DNA of 64,000 nucleotides, taken from IMG/VR virus record IMGVR_UViG_3300016457_000282, positions 1 through 64,000 of that record; one strand, given 5' to 3'. The first letter of the stretch is position 1. Each line of letters starts with the position of its first letter. Shown piece by piece: positions 1-10,115 of this stretch. The notes beneath the pieces are model-generated. The model did not search any database. It was not told the origin of the DNA and saw only the letters and a list, made by a program, of their open reading frames with translations. Made by a program: the position numbers and the translations under genes. This stretch comes from a virus.

Positions 1-65
1 AGAAGTACTTGTAGTGAGTTAGGTTGTTGAGGTACACACTTAATTTGAGGAGGTGAGAATTGTAA

Positions 66-110
66 ATGAACACACCAACTTATAACACCAAAAGATTGAG
101 TTTCGGGCCT
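66..110 (+). CDS. Major tail (tube) protein, exon 1 (MNTPTYNTKRLSFGP)
   Basis: ATG at 66 downstream of GAGGAGG. Joins in frame to 1300 to give ...LSFGP|GVLYIG... Lies upstream of the chaperone and TMP genes. Confidence 0.8.
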
Positions 111-1299
111 AAGTGACACTGGGCCCGTAAAACCTCTGCTGATCAACGGGGAAACACAATGGTATCCACTCAGCTAAATGAGATTTTAGATGGATTAATT
201 TTCAGTGATGGGCATATTGCTTATTGTAAGGCTGGTGACTATAGGTTCGAGTTGGGGACGACCAAGCGTTTGTACGCAGAGCAAGTTTGTAACCTTCTTC
301 GTCCTGTTATTTCCTGTTCTATTAGAGAACAAGTACGTATTGGATTTGGGAAGAAATTTATCTCTTACAGAGTTGTTGGATATAAAGCTCCTGTTATGAA
401 GAATCTTCACTATCGTTGGTATGATGATAAAAAGAAAAAGCTTCCCAAAGATTTTAGATGGACGCCTACTACTTTGAACGTTGCTTATTGTGGTGATGGT
501 ACTGTTATTGAGAATAGCCCGACTATGTGCTTAAATAGTTGGGCGGTTCCCGAGGTGAAAGAGATAGTTAGGTGCTTTGAAGAGTTGGGCTTGTATGGGA
601 CGGTTGTCCAAACCCCAACAGGACCGATTTTTAGGTTACATCAAGATTGTGCCCTAGATTTCTTCGAGTACATAGGAGACCCACTAATTCCGTTTCACTC
701 TTATAAGTGGATTACCGTTGTCAACCCCCAGCAAGCAGTTCGCGCGACTCTGTGGGACGATGACCTAGCTCAAAAGGTTGCGAGGTGTATTAAGAAGATT
801 ATGATTTTACGCGTTTGGGGAGGTTCGAAGGAACGGCGGTACTTGTCGTACTTTCCTGAGTTAGTCGTAATGGTTAATGATAAAGACGTTAAAGATGCCC
901 TTCAGAGAATCAGAACTTCAAGGAAGAAAGGTGAGGTTGTAGTTAGAGGTCGACAAGCGAAACGTGTTTTAGAAAGGGTCCATTTGTTTCTTCCGGACGA
1001 TAAACGAATGTTAGCTACAATTGCGTTAGCTTTGCCTCTTGGGCGGAGGAAGAAAGATTTGAAGGAAGTTCTATATCAGTTTTTCTGGACGAAATTTAAT
1101 GAATTAAATCCGCCCGAGAGAAGACGGGGACCCAAAAGAGAGTTGAATAGCGAACTGCGGCTGCAGAGACTGAGCGTAGAGGACACTAACCTCTTTCAGG
1201 ATCTGGTTAGTGTATACGACAGTCCGACCCCTACGGTGACGTAGGGAAGTAGTTGTACTACTTGCCCGAAAGGGTCAAGAAAAATAACAGGTTAAAGCG
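111..1299 (+). mobile_element. Group I intron in the tail tube gene
   Basis: P1: GGGCCU(105-110) pairs with GGGCCC(121-126), with U.G at the 5' splice site. P10: AAGUGACACU pairs with 3' exon GGUGUGCUU. P3-like CCUCUGC/GUAGAGG. Core motifs GCAGAGACUGAG (~1164) and ACAGUCCGA (~1219). Terminal G at 1299. Confidence 0.88.
159..1244 (+). CDS. Intron-encoded LAGLIDADG homing endonuclease
   Basis: Motifs ILDGLIFSDGHI and LNVAYCGDGT; located inside the intron. Confidence 0.85.
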   Translation: MVSTQLNEILDGLIFSDGHIAYCKAGDYRFELGTTKRLYAEQVCNLLRPVISCSIREQVRIGFGKKFISYRVVGYKAPVMKNLHYRWYDDKKKKLPKDFRWTPTTLNVAYCGDGTVIENSPTMCLNSWAVPEVKEIVRCFEELGLYGTVVQTPTGPIFRLHQDCALDFFEYIGDPLIPFHSYKWITVVNPQQAVRATLWDDDLAQKVARCIKKIMILRVWGGSKERRYLSYFPELVVMVNDKDVKDALQRIRTSRKKGEVVVRGRQAKRVLERVHLFLPDDKRMLATIALALPLGRRKKDLKEVLYQFFWTKFNELNPPERRRGPKRELNSELRLQRLSVEDTNLFQDLVSVYDSPTPTVT

Positions 1300-1803
1300 G
1301 GTGTGCTTTATATTGGAAGCGCCGGCCAAACACCTACTATTGATATAGGCGCTGTTAAGACTGGAGCAACTCTAACATTTACTCGAGATAAACTCGAGGT
1401 TAAACAGGGTTCTCCCGAGAAGTTGATCAAACAGTGGGTTGTTACTGAGACAGTTAAACTAGATGTTGTTGGTCATGAATGGAATCTTGAGAATTTGAGG
1501 TATGCTATTGGTTGTGGTATCATTCAAACTTCGGGAAATGAGAAGACGATGGATTTCGGCGGAGATATGGAAGTTACTGAAGCGTCGCTGAAGTTCGTTC
1601 ACCAGATGCCTGCTGGAGGAACTGTGGAAATTGATATTTGGAGAGCTCAGTCCGCAGGAGAACTCTCGATCGAGTTTGGGAACGATCCACACGAATTCCC
1701 TTACTCGTTCGTTGCTCTGGATGCCGATACTGCTTGGGATGGCACTACCTTGGATGAGAGGGGAAGGTTGTGCCGAATTAGGTTAATCGGTGACTTCTCC
1801 TAA
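1300..1803 (+). CDS. Major tail (tube) protein, exon 2
   Basis: Beta-rich tube-like sequence (GVLYIG...DIGAVKTGATLTF) upstream of the chaperone and TMP genes. Confidence 0.8.
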   Translation, partial: GVLYIGSAGQTPTIDIGAVKTGATLTFTRDKLEVKQGSPEKLIKQWVVTETVKLDVVGHEWNLENLRYAIGCGIIQTSGNEKTMDFGGDMEVTEASLKFVHQMPAGGTVEIDIWRAQSAGELSIEFGNDPHEFPYSFVALDADTAWDGTTLDERGRLCRIRLIGDFS

Positions 1804-1856
1804 TTTTAGGTTAACTTAGTTAGTACAATTTAGACGCCCCAGGAGGTGCATTTATT

Positions 1857-2255
1857 ATGAAAGCTTTTGAAGAGTACATTGAAGGAGCTCGTGAAGTTAC
1901 CTTAAGCAATGGGAACACGGTTGAGATTCCTCCGCTTACTTGGGGGAAGGAACTTAGGCTCTACAACATTCTAACTAAGGTCTTTTCTAAGCTTTCCGTT
2001 AGTACTGATGCAGAAGGCAATCCTCAGTTCGATGAGTCCCAAGTCTACGCGTTCATGACCGCCTTTGCTAATGACGTGTCTGAGATTGCATCGATTATTT
2101 TCAACAAAGACAAGAAGTGGGTTGAAAATAATCTGACCTCAAAGGATATGGTAGAGTTTATCGTCCCTTTGTCGCTTCACATTTTCGGAAAGCTAAATCT
2201 CGGACTAACCAACGCGGTAACGAAGTTGGCAGAAGAGGCGGGGGAGACCCCATAG
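1857..2255 (+). CDS. Tail assembly chaperone (gpG-like)
   Basis: Position between tube and TMP; GGAGG RBS; ends just after GGGGGAG slippery site. Confidence 0.75.
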   Translation: MKAFEEYIEGAREVTLSNGNTVEIPPLTWGKELRLYNILTKVFSKLSVSTDAEGNPQFDESQVYAFMTAFANDVSEIASIIFNKDKKWVENNLTSKDMVEFIVPLSLHIFGKLNLGLTNAVTKLAEEAGETP

Positions 2256-2518
2256 AGAAGACCATAGCGCAGGTAGTCGACTTCTTGTGCTCTCAGTATG
2301 GATGGACTCCTGACCAGGTTTTCGCCTTGACAAGGCCCACGATTGAGGGTTTACTAGAAGAAGCGAGAGAACGACTCCACGCTCAGTATCGTTTCTATGC
2401 TTCTCTAGTAGGCGCAGAACTTCGTGATGATTACGTTCGGCCAGATAGTGATGATCCACGTACCTTGTTGAAGAAAGTGCGAGATATTGGAGTCGATTTT
2501 GAGGTGGTTGGTGGGTAA
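2240..2518 (+). CDS. Tail assembly chaperone -1 frameshift extension (gpT-like)
   Basis: The -1 frame is open from G GGG GAG (2240-2246): GDPIEKTIAQVVDFLCSQYGWTPDQVFALT, a typical GT-type motif. Confidence 0.7.
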   Translation, partial: GGDPIEKTIAQVVDFLCSQYGWTPDQVFALTRPTIEGLLEEARERLHAQYRFYASLVGAELRDDYVRPDSDDPRTLLKKVRDIGVDFEVVGG

Positions 2519-2523
2519 AGAAT

Positions 2524-5500
2524 ATGGCCGAAGAGTATATAGTAGAAATAGGTGTTGAGAATAAGGAGGAGTTAGAAAAACTCCGTACCCAAGTCGCGAA
2601 AACCGCTGAGTCTGTCCAAACCCTTTCTGAAACTGTACGTAAGCTCGCTGAAAGTCAACGACAATTAGTTGAGTCGATTCGTAATACCGCCCGGAGTACC
2701 CAAGCTTCTGTTAAGTCCACCCAAAGTGCTTCGAAGGCCACTTCACAGTACGCCTCCTCTGTTCTCACGTTAAGGACTGCGTTTATTGCTATTGCCTCTG
2801 CAGCTGGGTTGGTAACTGCAGCGATTAACTCTAAAAAGATCTCGATGAGCTTAGCGAATAAGTTGTACGTACTTTATACGCGCTCAGCCCAAAGCGCTGC
2901 TCGAGCAGTCACCTCATTTGCAGTACAGCATCGCTTCCTTGGTACCGTTTTGACGCAAACCGTTCATATACTTTCCACTACAACTTCTGCTTGGATTACT
3001 TGGGCAAAAGGATCAATCCCTGCTACTGCCGCAATGAAACAGTCTTTAAATTCTGTGCGAGATGCGCTCAGAGTGTTGTTCACCGAGTTTCGCAGGGGAC
3101 CTTTTACTTGGATAGCTTCTCAGTTTACGCACGTTGCAGAAGTTGGTAAGTCTGCGTTCGTTTCTATTGCTGTTTATGCTGTAAGGGCAGCTACTAGGTT
3201 AGTTGAGTTCTTGACTCCTGCTGTTGCTACGGTAACGCGCTTGTTTTTGAAGTTGAGCGATTCTCTTACTCCAGTAAGGGAAGCTCTTTCTCGTCTGTTT
3301 GTTAGACTGAGAATTCCAGACGCCTTTACTAAGCTAACCGAAGTTTTTACCAGGCTTAAAGTGATAATCGTTGATGTCGCGGATGTTATCTCTACTAAGT
3401 TTGTGTCTGGACTTCGTGTCGTAGCCGACCTCTGGAAAGGCTTACTCCGACTTGCTTATTCCCTACGTGATCGTGTAGCCCAGATCGGGAGTGTGGTGAA
3501 GTCTAAGTTAGCCGGCAAGATAGGACTGACCGCTAGTTTTGCGTTTTTAGGTACTGTATTGGATAAGGTGCGAGACAAGATCTTGCAGCTCGGGGCTCGT
3601 ATTAACGAATCCCTAGGTGGTGAGGCCGTTTCTATAGGCGCGAAGTTATCTAAACCTTTTGTGGCGATGATGGGGAGTTTGACCATTCTTTCCGGGAAAC
3701 TGTTGCGTTTCTTTCCCTTGACTAAGAAGTTAGGCTCTACACTAACTACGTTGGGGTACTCCCTCGCTTCTGTGTCCTCGTTTTCGCGGTCGTGGTCTAT
3801 GGTAATGTCCCATTTGGATAAGACATTACCTGGAGTCAACGACCGATTACGCAGAGTTACTCGCGGTTTCTCAGAGTTGACCGGTAAGATTAACATACAA
3901 ACGGCCGCGCTTCCTAGATTGATCAAGGCACTTGGGGAAGTCACCTTTCACTACCTTATGATATTCAAGTTTAATGTTAGTCTAGCTCACGGATTCGAGC
4001 TCTTGGGTGAGAAGCTCTCTTACTTTGGTGAAGCCATGCTCGAGCACTTCTCCGAATCGTATAGAGTCAGTTCTGAGATGATTCGCACGCAGGTTGATTT
4101 GAACCGAGCGGTTCGGAGGTATGCTGAGTTGACCGGCGATGCTTCTATGAGTGCAAAAGATTGGCTCCAGTGGTCCGACAGACTTGCTCTTTCTGCAGGT
4201 AAAAACGTTTCAGAGATGCGCCGGGTTACCGGTGCTCTGTTGGATTTTGCGGCTTTGTATAAGTTGAACCAAAAGGAGACGAAGCGATTCATTTCTTTGA
4301 TGACAGACGTTTCGAGTTTCTTGGGCAAAGATGTGTTCGAGACCTTGCAACATGTCCACGGTGCGTTGGCTGGGTTAACTAATTCAGCCATGATTTTGGG
4401 CATTAACATAGACCACCTCAGAGAGAAGACTAAGTTTTACGAAGAACAACTCCGGAAAGAAGGCACCGAAACTGGAAAGTCCGTCAAACAAAAAGCGAGG
4501 ATGCTCGCTCTTATACAGGAGTTGAGTTACTTACAGGGTGTTAACAATAGGTTGATGGAAACAGGGTATGGTATTCTGAGACGTTATCGCGTTTCTCAAG
4601 AACTTCTCGCGGCCCAAACTGGAAATTATGTAACTCCTATTTTGAATGCTTATTACAAAATTTTGACCCGAATTAACGAGGTCATGGCTCAGCCCGGGAT
4701 TGGAGGTTTTATCACTACGATGAAGGCCGCTGGTGCCGCCTCACTTGATTTGCTAGGACGTTTTGTAAAACTCGGAGCGCAGTTGTTTGTATTGATTGAG
4801 ACTGTACATTTAGTTGAAAAGGCGTTAACAGCACTAAACGCAGCCTTTGACGTCTTTGGGATGACTCAGAGAACAGCTCTTGCTCCTCTATTCGTGATGA
4901 GAGATGGTATGGTCAAAACTAGTTTTACTGCCTCGTCACTAAGCAAAGTTCTCAAGAGGTTAAGCGTTTACATTGGTACTACCTTTGTAAACTTCTTCAA
5001 AAACGGTGCCAAGGCTGTTAAAGGCCTTGTTGTAGAGTTAAGAACTGCGATCTCCACATTAATGGCGACTAAAGTTCCCAAGGCCATTTTTGGCCCAGCT
5101 CTAGCATCTGCTATGGTTCCAGAAAGGGGTGTGATTAGGAAAGCTCTGGCTGCTAGTAAGTTGATGCAAGCGACTTTTATGGCCGAAGGGTTGGTGCTGG
5201 CGAAGAAGGTAACTCCTATGGTACAGAAGCACGCTAAACAGGTTCGAGATTTGTACTTAATTACTCATGACGTCGCCGGAGCTCAACGGGAGTGGGCTAA
5301 TACCATAATTACGTTTACTGGGGCGGCCGGGGGTTTGTCTAAAGTATGGTACACTTTCTTAGGTGTCGTTACAAAAGTTAAAGGTGCCGTGTTAAAACTC
5401 ATTAACATATTCAAAGGCTTTGCCAAGATTTTTGGGATTATTTTGATCGTCATTCCCGCGGTGTATAAAGCCTTCAAAGAAGCGCTTATCCCGGCTTTTA

Positions 5501-8500
5501 AGGAAACTTTTGGGGAGTCCGAAACTTTTCGGGCCGCGGTTTCTGCACTAGGGAAAGTTTTGGGTTGGTTAGGAAAAATCATTGTACAGATTGTTACTGG
5601 CCCCGTTAAGCTGTTTGCGACGGGAATCGCTGGGACTGCAGGTGTTATTTCGTATGCACTGGGATTGATTATTAAGTACAGGGGCGTTCTTCTCCGCTTA
5701 ACAGGACCTTTCTATTTACTCGGGAAGTCCGTCTTTAATGTGGGGAAGTGGTTCGGTATTTGGGGTAAGTCTGTTGACTCCTTGAACAAGAAACTTGACA
5801 GTGCTGGCGAGACTTTGATCAAGTTTGGAGAACGGTCTGCAGATAATGCTCGAGCTATAATTGGGCTGAACAAGGTACTACAGACTAACATCGATCGTAC
5901 TGCGCGGTTGCGAAAGGAACTTGCTGAAGGAATGAAGAGACGACAAGAGGAACTGGGACTGAACCTTTCGTCTGCTAAGTCGTTGGAGCGAGTTGTTAAC
6001 GCTATTCAGGAGTATCGAGATGCCTACCAAGAGTTCCTCGAAGTTCAAGATGAGATTGAGAAAGGTAGGACGACTGAGGGTAAGCAGTTAGAAGATGCAG
6101 AGGCTTTACATAGGAGAAGTACCGAAGCGGTTCAGGAGCTTTCGAAGGCGCGTTCCGCTCTTGCAGAGAATTTGAAGAAGCAGTTTGAAATTACAGGAGC
6201 CCAGATTAAGGAAACTAAAACGTTGGTAAGTTTGTACTCAAAGTACACTAAAGCTATTGGCGACGTTTCGACTGGACAAGTAGTTACTCTCAAAACTGGG
6301 CAAGCTATTTCACGGATTTGGCAAGGCTTAAATCAGATTACACAGGGAAACTTAAGTGGGATTAAGACAACCGCAGAAGCGTACAACTCGTTAGCAGGTA
6401 TACTTCGTGATATGGCCTCTAAAGCTAGCCCTTCACTACGGGCCGCGTTGGTAGCAGAAGCTAAGTCTTATGAGAAGCAAGCTGGTATACTAACTAAGGT
6501 AATGGAGAGGACCAAAGGGAAGGTCAAAATTGATGAAAAATTAATCGAGACTTCCTTCAAAGTCTCCGCTGCCCAACGTGCTGTGAATGACGAATTACAA
6601 AGGCACCAAGCAATTTTGACTTACTTACATAAATCGATTTCCGATACAACTGAGGGACTGGGTCAGTTCGCGAATGTGTATTCTAAAGATGTAACAGTCT
6701 CGGCCGAAACTGCCGCCCGTGTACAGCTCGCTTTAGCGAAGATCTCCGAAGTAGGTGCTCGTCGCTACGAAGAAGCTATCAATGGTAATATAGACTCTCT
6801 TAAAGTGTACCGGAACTATCTTGAAACAATTCAGAAGTCCCAGAACGACGAATTTGCCACTCTTGTTAAGGACGCAAAGGGGAGACAGCTCCTGAATGCT
6901 TACTTGGAAGCACAGATTCGAACCGTTGATAACTTGATAAAGTCTTATGAGAGTGAGTCTCAAGTTCATGTAACTTTATCGGCTCGTATAAAAGCACGAC
7001 TCGCTACTTTGAAGGCGCAGAATAAGGTAACAACGGAAACTCTGAAGCTTCGGAAACTTCTACTTGACCTTTGGAAGTCTGAGTTTAACCTCCATTCTCG
7101 GTTAAACGCCCTTACGTTACAGGGGTTGACTACAAGAGAAAAGAGAGCCCAAGCAGAACAGTATCTTAGCGAGGCTTTACAACAAAGTATCGAGCAGTAT
7201 AGCAGAGCAGGACTTTCTCTCAAAGCCTTTGATGATTACGAGAAAGGGGCTATTTCAACTACTACAGCCGTTAGACAGGCTCTGGTGCAATTACAAGGTC
7301 GTACCGACTTGTTAAGTAGGGCTATTAAGGAAACCCTCTTAGAAGCTCTGTCTCGTGCTACATCTCAACAGCGTGAGTATGCGGCTATGACGATCCAAAG
7401 TGCGAGGCGGATTAAAGAACTCGAGAAAGTAATTCACCCTGTTTATACTACTTTTGGGAATTACTCGAATCTGATCGCTGATTTGGTTAATCGTTCTCGT
7501 GACCTAGCAAAGCAGACAGGGATTTCGGCCCTCGCCTTTGATTCCTCTACGGTTACTGTGAGTGAACTGGCTTCTTATCTCGCCCTTTTAAGCGCACATC
7601 AAGTTGATTACAACAATGTTTCAAAAGAGACCGCTCAAGAAGTTACCTCTCTAGTTGAGAAGTTACTCGAGCTGACCAGAGTTGATGTCCCCCAATGGGG
7701 GTCAAGCTTAGCTAATGTATTTGAGAGCTTACAAGGGAAGACTAAGGATTTCATTTCAGCGAATGATTACCTCAAACCCGCTCTCCTGAACGCTATCTTT
7801 GGATTTAGGGGGTTGGTTGACAGAGTCCGTGAGCTTGATGCTAACCTCGCTCCTGTTATACAAAGCGTGTTAGACAGCGCTTCGGCGATGTATGAAGCTA
7901 AGAGTTCTTCTTCGGCTTATAGTGAGGGGTTGAGTAAAATCACGAGTTTGGAAGAGCAAGTACGTACCGCCCTTAGTAGCGTACTCCCTCATTTAAACGC
8001 GCAAGTTCAGGCTTTAGCTAAAGGGAAAGTGCAAACTGCTGACATGATCGCGAAGACTCAAGATTATGCTAGGATCGTTTCAATACTGGTTTCCCAGTTA
8101 AACACATTGACTGATGCTGAGGAACGTTTGCGAGAAAGCCGCCGTAAGAATTTGGAGTTGAGTTCCTCTTTGGTATTTTCCACTCAGCAACTTCATGAGA
8201 ATGTGTCCGAGCTCGCTAACATTGCTGTACAAGATCTGATTCAACAGTACCGACGAGCGGGTGTGGTACTGAGTGAATCGCAGAAACAAGCACTGGAGGA
8301 CATAACAAGGACTATTACAGGTTACACAGAGTTAACTGAGTTGGCTCGTAGACGAGTTGATACTTTTACGAAGTTCGTGGACGCTAAGCTGGCCGAACAA
8401 ACACGCGCTTGGTCGCGCAATAAGGATGAAGTTGAAGCTTTTGCTAATGGCTTGAGGACTATTGGCGAGAGTGCAATGCAAGGAATCTTGAAGAACTATG

Positions 8501-9141
8501 CTGAGATTGGGGCGAAGATCGAGGAAATGGGCGGGTTCTTTGGCGCCCTCGGACAAATGACTCAAGAGGCTGTTGCGAGGACCGCTGCGAGCGCGTTTGA
8601 TGAGTTGAACAGGGCAATAATTGATTCTATAGTATACGGAAAGCGATTTCAGATGAACTGGCAGGAAATTTTGAGAAGCTTTACGGCAGGTCTTGCTCAG
8701 GCAATGCTACAGTTGTTAGAATTTAAACTAGCTATGATGGCGCTGCAGGCGATGGGAATTCGAGTTCCTATGATGAGACGTGGGGGTTTGGTTCCTTTAA
8801 GGAGGCAGGCCGGCGGCCCGGTACCTGGGCAAGGACGTGGAGATAGCGTCCCCGCTTTACTAGAACCAGGAGAATATGTTGTTCCAAGGCCTGTGGTAGA
8901 AAAAATAGGAGTTTCGTTCTTTGACGCGCTACGTAAAGGTGTTGTACCTCCGACGATAACACCTTTTCATTACCAAGCGGGAGGCTTGGTTACGCCGATG
9001 CAACAACAAACGCAGGAACCGAAGGTAACGGTTGTGACTATTTTCGATGAGAAGGAGCTTAATAAGTATTATAGCTCTCCCACTTATGGCAGGGTTGTTG
9101 CGAACAATGTAGGTGAGAGAATCGCGAGGAGGACTAGCTAA
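2524..9141 (+). CDS. Tail tape measure protein (2205 aa)
   Basis: Very long helical Ala/Leu-rich ORF; C-terminal AGGPVPGQGRGDSVPALLEPGEYVV motif typical of TMPs. Confidence 0.92.
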   Translation: MAEEYIVEIGVENKEELEKLRTQVAKTAESVQTLSETVRKLAESQRQLVESIRNTARSTQASVKSTQSASKATSQYASSVLTLRTAFIAIASAAGLVTAAINSKKISMSLANKLYVLYTRSAQSAARAVTSFAVQHRFLGTVLTQTVHILSTTTSAWITWAKGSIPATAAMKQSLNSVRDALRVLFTEFRRGPFTWIASQFTHVAEVGKSAFVSIAVYAVRAATRLVEFLTPAVATVTRLFLKLSDSLTPVREALSRLFVRLRIPDAFTKLTEVFTRLKVIIVDVADVISTKFVSGLRVVADLWKGLLRLAYSLRDRVAQIGSVVKSKLAGKIGLTASFAFLGTVLDKVRDKILQLGARINESLGGEAVSIGAKLSKPFVAMMGSLTILSGKLLRFFPLTKKLGSTLTTLGYSLASVSSFSRSWSMVMSHLDKTLPGVNDRLRRVTRGFSELTGKINIQTAALPRLIKALGEVTFHYLMIFKFNVSLAHGFELLGEKLSYFGEAMLEHFSESYRVSSEMIRTQVDLNRAVRRYAELTGDASMSAKDWLQWSDRLALSAGKNVSEMRRVTGALLDFAALYKLNQKETKRFISLMTDVSSFLGKDVFETLQHVHGALAGLTNSAMILGINIDHLREKTKFYEEQLRKEGTETGKSVKQKARMLALIQELSYLQGVNNRLMETGYGILRRYRVSQELLAAQTGNYVTPILNAYYKILTRINEVMAQPGIGGFITTMKAAGAASLDLLGRFVKLGAQLFVLIETVHLVEKALTALNAAFDVFGMTQRTALAPLFVMRDGMVKTSFTASSLSKVLKRLSVYIGTTFVNFFKNGAKAVKGLVVELRTAISTLMATKVPKAIFGPALASAMVPERGVIRKALAASKLMQATFMAEGLVLAKKVTPMVQKHAKQVRDLYLITHDVAGAQREWANTIITFTGAAGGLSKVWYTFLGVVTKVKGAVLKLINIFKGFAKIFGIILIVIPAVYKAFKEALIPAFKETFGESETFRAAVSALGKVLGWLGKIIVQIVTGPVKLFATGIAGTAGVISYALGLIIKYRGVLLRLTGPFYLLGKSVFNVGKWFGIWGKSVDSLNKKLDSAGETLIKFGERSADNARAIIGLNKVLQTNIDRTARLRKELAEGMKRRQEELGLNLSSAKSLERVVNAIQEYRDAYQEFLEVQDEIEKGRTTEGKQLEDAEALHRRSTEAVQELSKARSALAENLKKQFEITGAQIKETKTLVSLYSKYTKAIGDVSTGQVVTLKTGQAISRIWQGLNQITQGNLSGIKTTAEAYNSLAGILRDMASKASPSLRAALVAEAKSYEKQAGILTKVMERTKGKVKIDEKLIETSFKVSAAQRAVNDELQRHQAILTYLHKSISDTTEGLGQFANVYSKDVTVSAETAARVQLALAKISEVGARRYEEAINGNIDSLKVYRNYLETIQKSQNDEFATLVKDAKGRQLLNAYLEAQIRTVDNLIKSYESESQVHVTLSARIKARLATLKAQNKVTTETLKLRKLLLDLWKSEFNLHSRLNALTLQGLTTREKRAQAEQYLSEALQQSIEQYSRAGLSLKAFDDYEKGAISTTTAVRQALVQLQGRTDLLSRAIKETLLEALSRATSQQREYAAMTIQSARRIKELEKVIHPVYTTFGNYSNLIADLVNRSRDLAKQTGISALAFDSSTVTVSELASYLALLSAHQVDYNNVSKETAQEVTSLVEKLLELTRVDVPQWGSSLANVFESLQGKTKDFISANDYLKPALLNAIFGFRGLVDRVRELDANLAPVIQSVLDSASAMYEAKSSSSAYSEGLSKITSLEEQVRTALSSVLPHLNAQVQALAKGKVQTADMIAKTQDYARIVSILVSQLNTLTDAEERLRESRRKNLELSSSLVFSTQQLHENVSELANIAVQDLIQQYRRAGVVLSESQKQALEDITRTITGYTELTELARRRVDTFTKFVDAKLAEQTRAWSRNKDEVEAFANGLRTIGESAMQGILKNYAEIGAKIEEMGGFFGALGQMTQEAVARTAASAFDELNRAIIDSIVYGKRFQMNWQEILRSFTAGLAQAMLQLLEFKLAMMALQAMGIRVPMMRRGGLVPLRRQAGGPVPGQGRGDSVPALLEPGEYVVPRPVVEKIGVSFFDALRKGVVPPTITPFHYQAGGLVTPMQQQTQEPKVTVVTIFDEKELNKYYSSPTYGRVVANNVGERIARRTS

Positions 9142-10115
9142 TGGCTTTTAGAAAAACGTCTGGAACTGTATCTTCGCTGTCGGATTTATTTGCTCGAATT
9201 AGGACTTTCTTTGTTGGCTCTCTCGGATGGACACAAGTTCACTCAGGAACTCAAATGGGGAGTGCTTACTACTTTTATCATAGTACAGGAGAGGCTGGAA
9301 ATAAAGACATTTACATTGGTGTTAGATCTTTCCGGCGCAGTAGCACTTTGTGCGGCTTTCAGTTTACAGCTTGTACAGATATAAACACGTCGGAGGATTT
9401 CGATAGTCAGCCGGGGGGTTTTGGAACTCCAGACTGTTGTTGCTGCCAGTTTGTAAGGTATCCTATCTTAAGCGCTGTTGATGATGGGACGTCGATGGCG
9501 TATTGGTTTATTGGGGATAAGGATTTTGCATTTCTTTTGTTTAGAATTGGTTCTAAATATTTATCAGCTTACGTGGGGTTGATTAATTCGTACTGGAGTG
9601 ATTACCCTTTACCATTAGTAGTTCTTGGTTCTTTAACCTTCGACCCCTATCTTAGATTTGGCTGTACTAGCGTTTGTTGGCGTGATCGTCAGCTTGCAAT
9701 CCCGTATCGCCGGAATCTGGGGAGTGGTGAAGGTTATGACGCCTTTTTCGGTTGCTGTGGTTCCTGGCTTCGAAATTGCGGAAATACTGAGTGGTTTCGC
9801 CGCTTTGTAACTAATTGTGTAGATAGTTATAATAACTGTGAATTTCTAAGCCATACTAATTCTTGTTGGTGGTTGGTTACTTACTTCTATTGCCAATCGT
9901 ATTCGACCCGGTCTCAAGGGCACGTTTTATTTCCTATTTATGTCGGGAGCCCAGAGATTGACCTACTCGGTGAGTTGAAATATGTTTACTATTCATACTT
10001 TTATGGTAATGTACCGTCTGAGTCTACTATTTACGTTGGGGGCGACCCTTACTTGGTTTTTGTAAGTACTTATGGAGAAGACTCCGTTTCAATAGCAATA
10101 AGGGATTACGAATAA
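9141..10115 (+). CDS. Virion structural/tail protein, Cys-rich
   Basis: Follows TMP; paralogous to the next ORF (LGW...STGE...DIYIG). Confidence 0.6.
   Translation: MAFRKTSGTVSSLSDLFARIRTFFVGSLGWTQVHSGTQMGSAYYFYHSTGEAGNKDIYIGVRSFRRSSTLCGFQFTACTDINTSEDFDSQPGGFGTPDCCCCQFVRYPILSAVDDGTSMAYWFIGDKDFAFLLFRIGSKYLSAYVGLINSYWSDYPLPLVVLGSLTFDPYLRFGCTSVCWRDRQLAIPYRRNLGSGEGYDAFFGCCGSWLRNCGNTEWFRRFVTNCVDSYNNCEFLSHTNSCWWLVTYFYCQSYSTRSQGHVLFPIYVGSPEIDLLGELKYVYYSYFYGNVPSESTIYVGGDPYLVFVSTYGEDSVSIAIRDYE

Noticed and set aside
1290-1299. Alternative 3' splice site after G1290
   Set aside because: It is also in frame, but P10 pairing matches the exon starting at 1300.
3456-8962. Minus-strand ORFs inside the tape measure gene (and similar antisense ORFs elsewhere)
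   Set aside because: Shadow ORFs fully overlapping well-supported genes.
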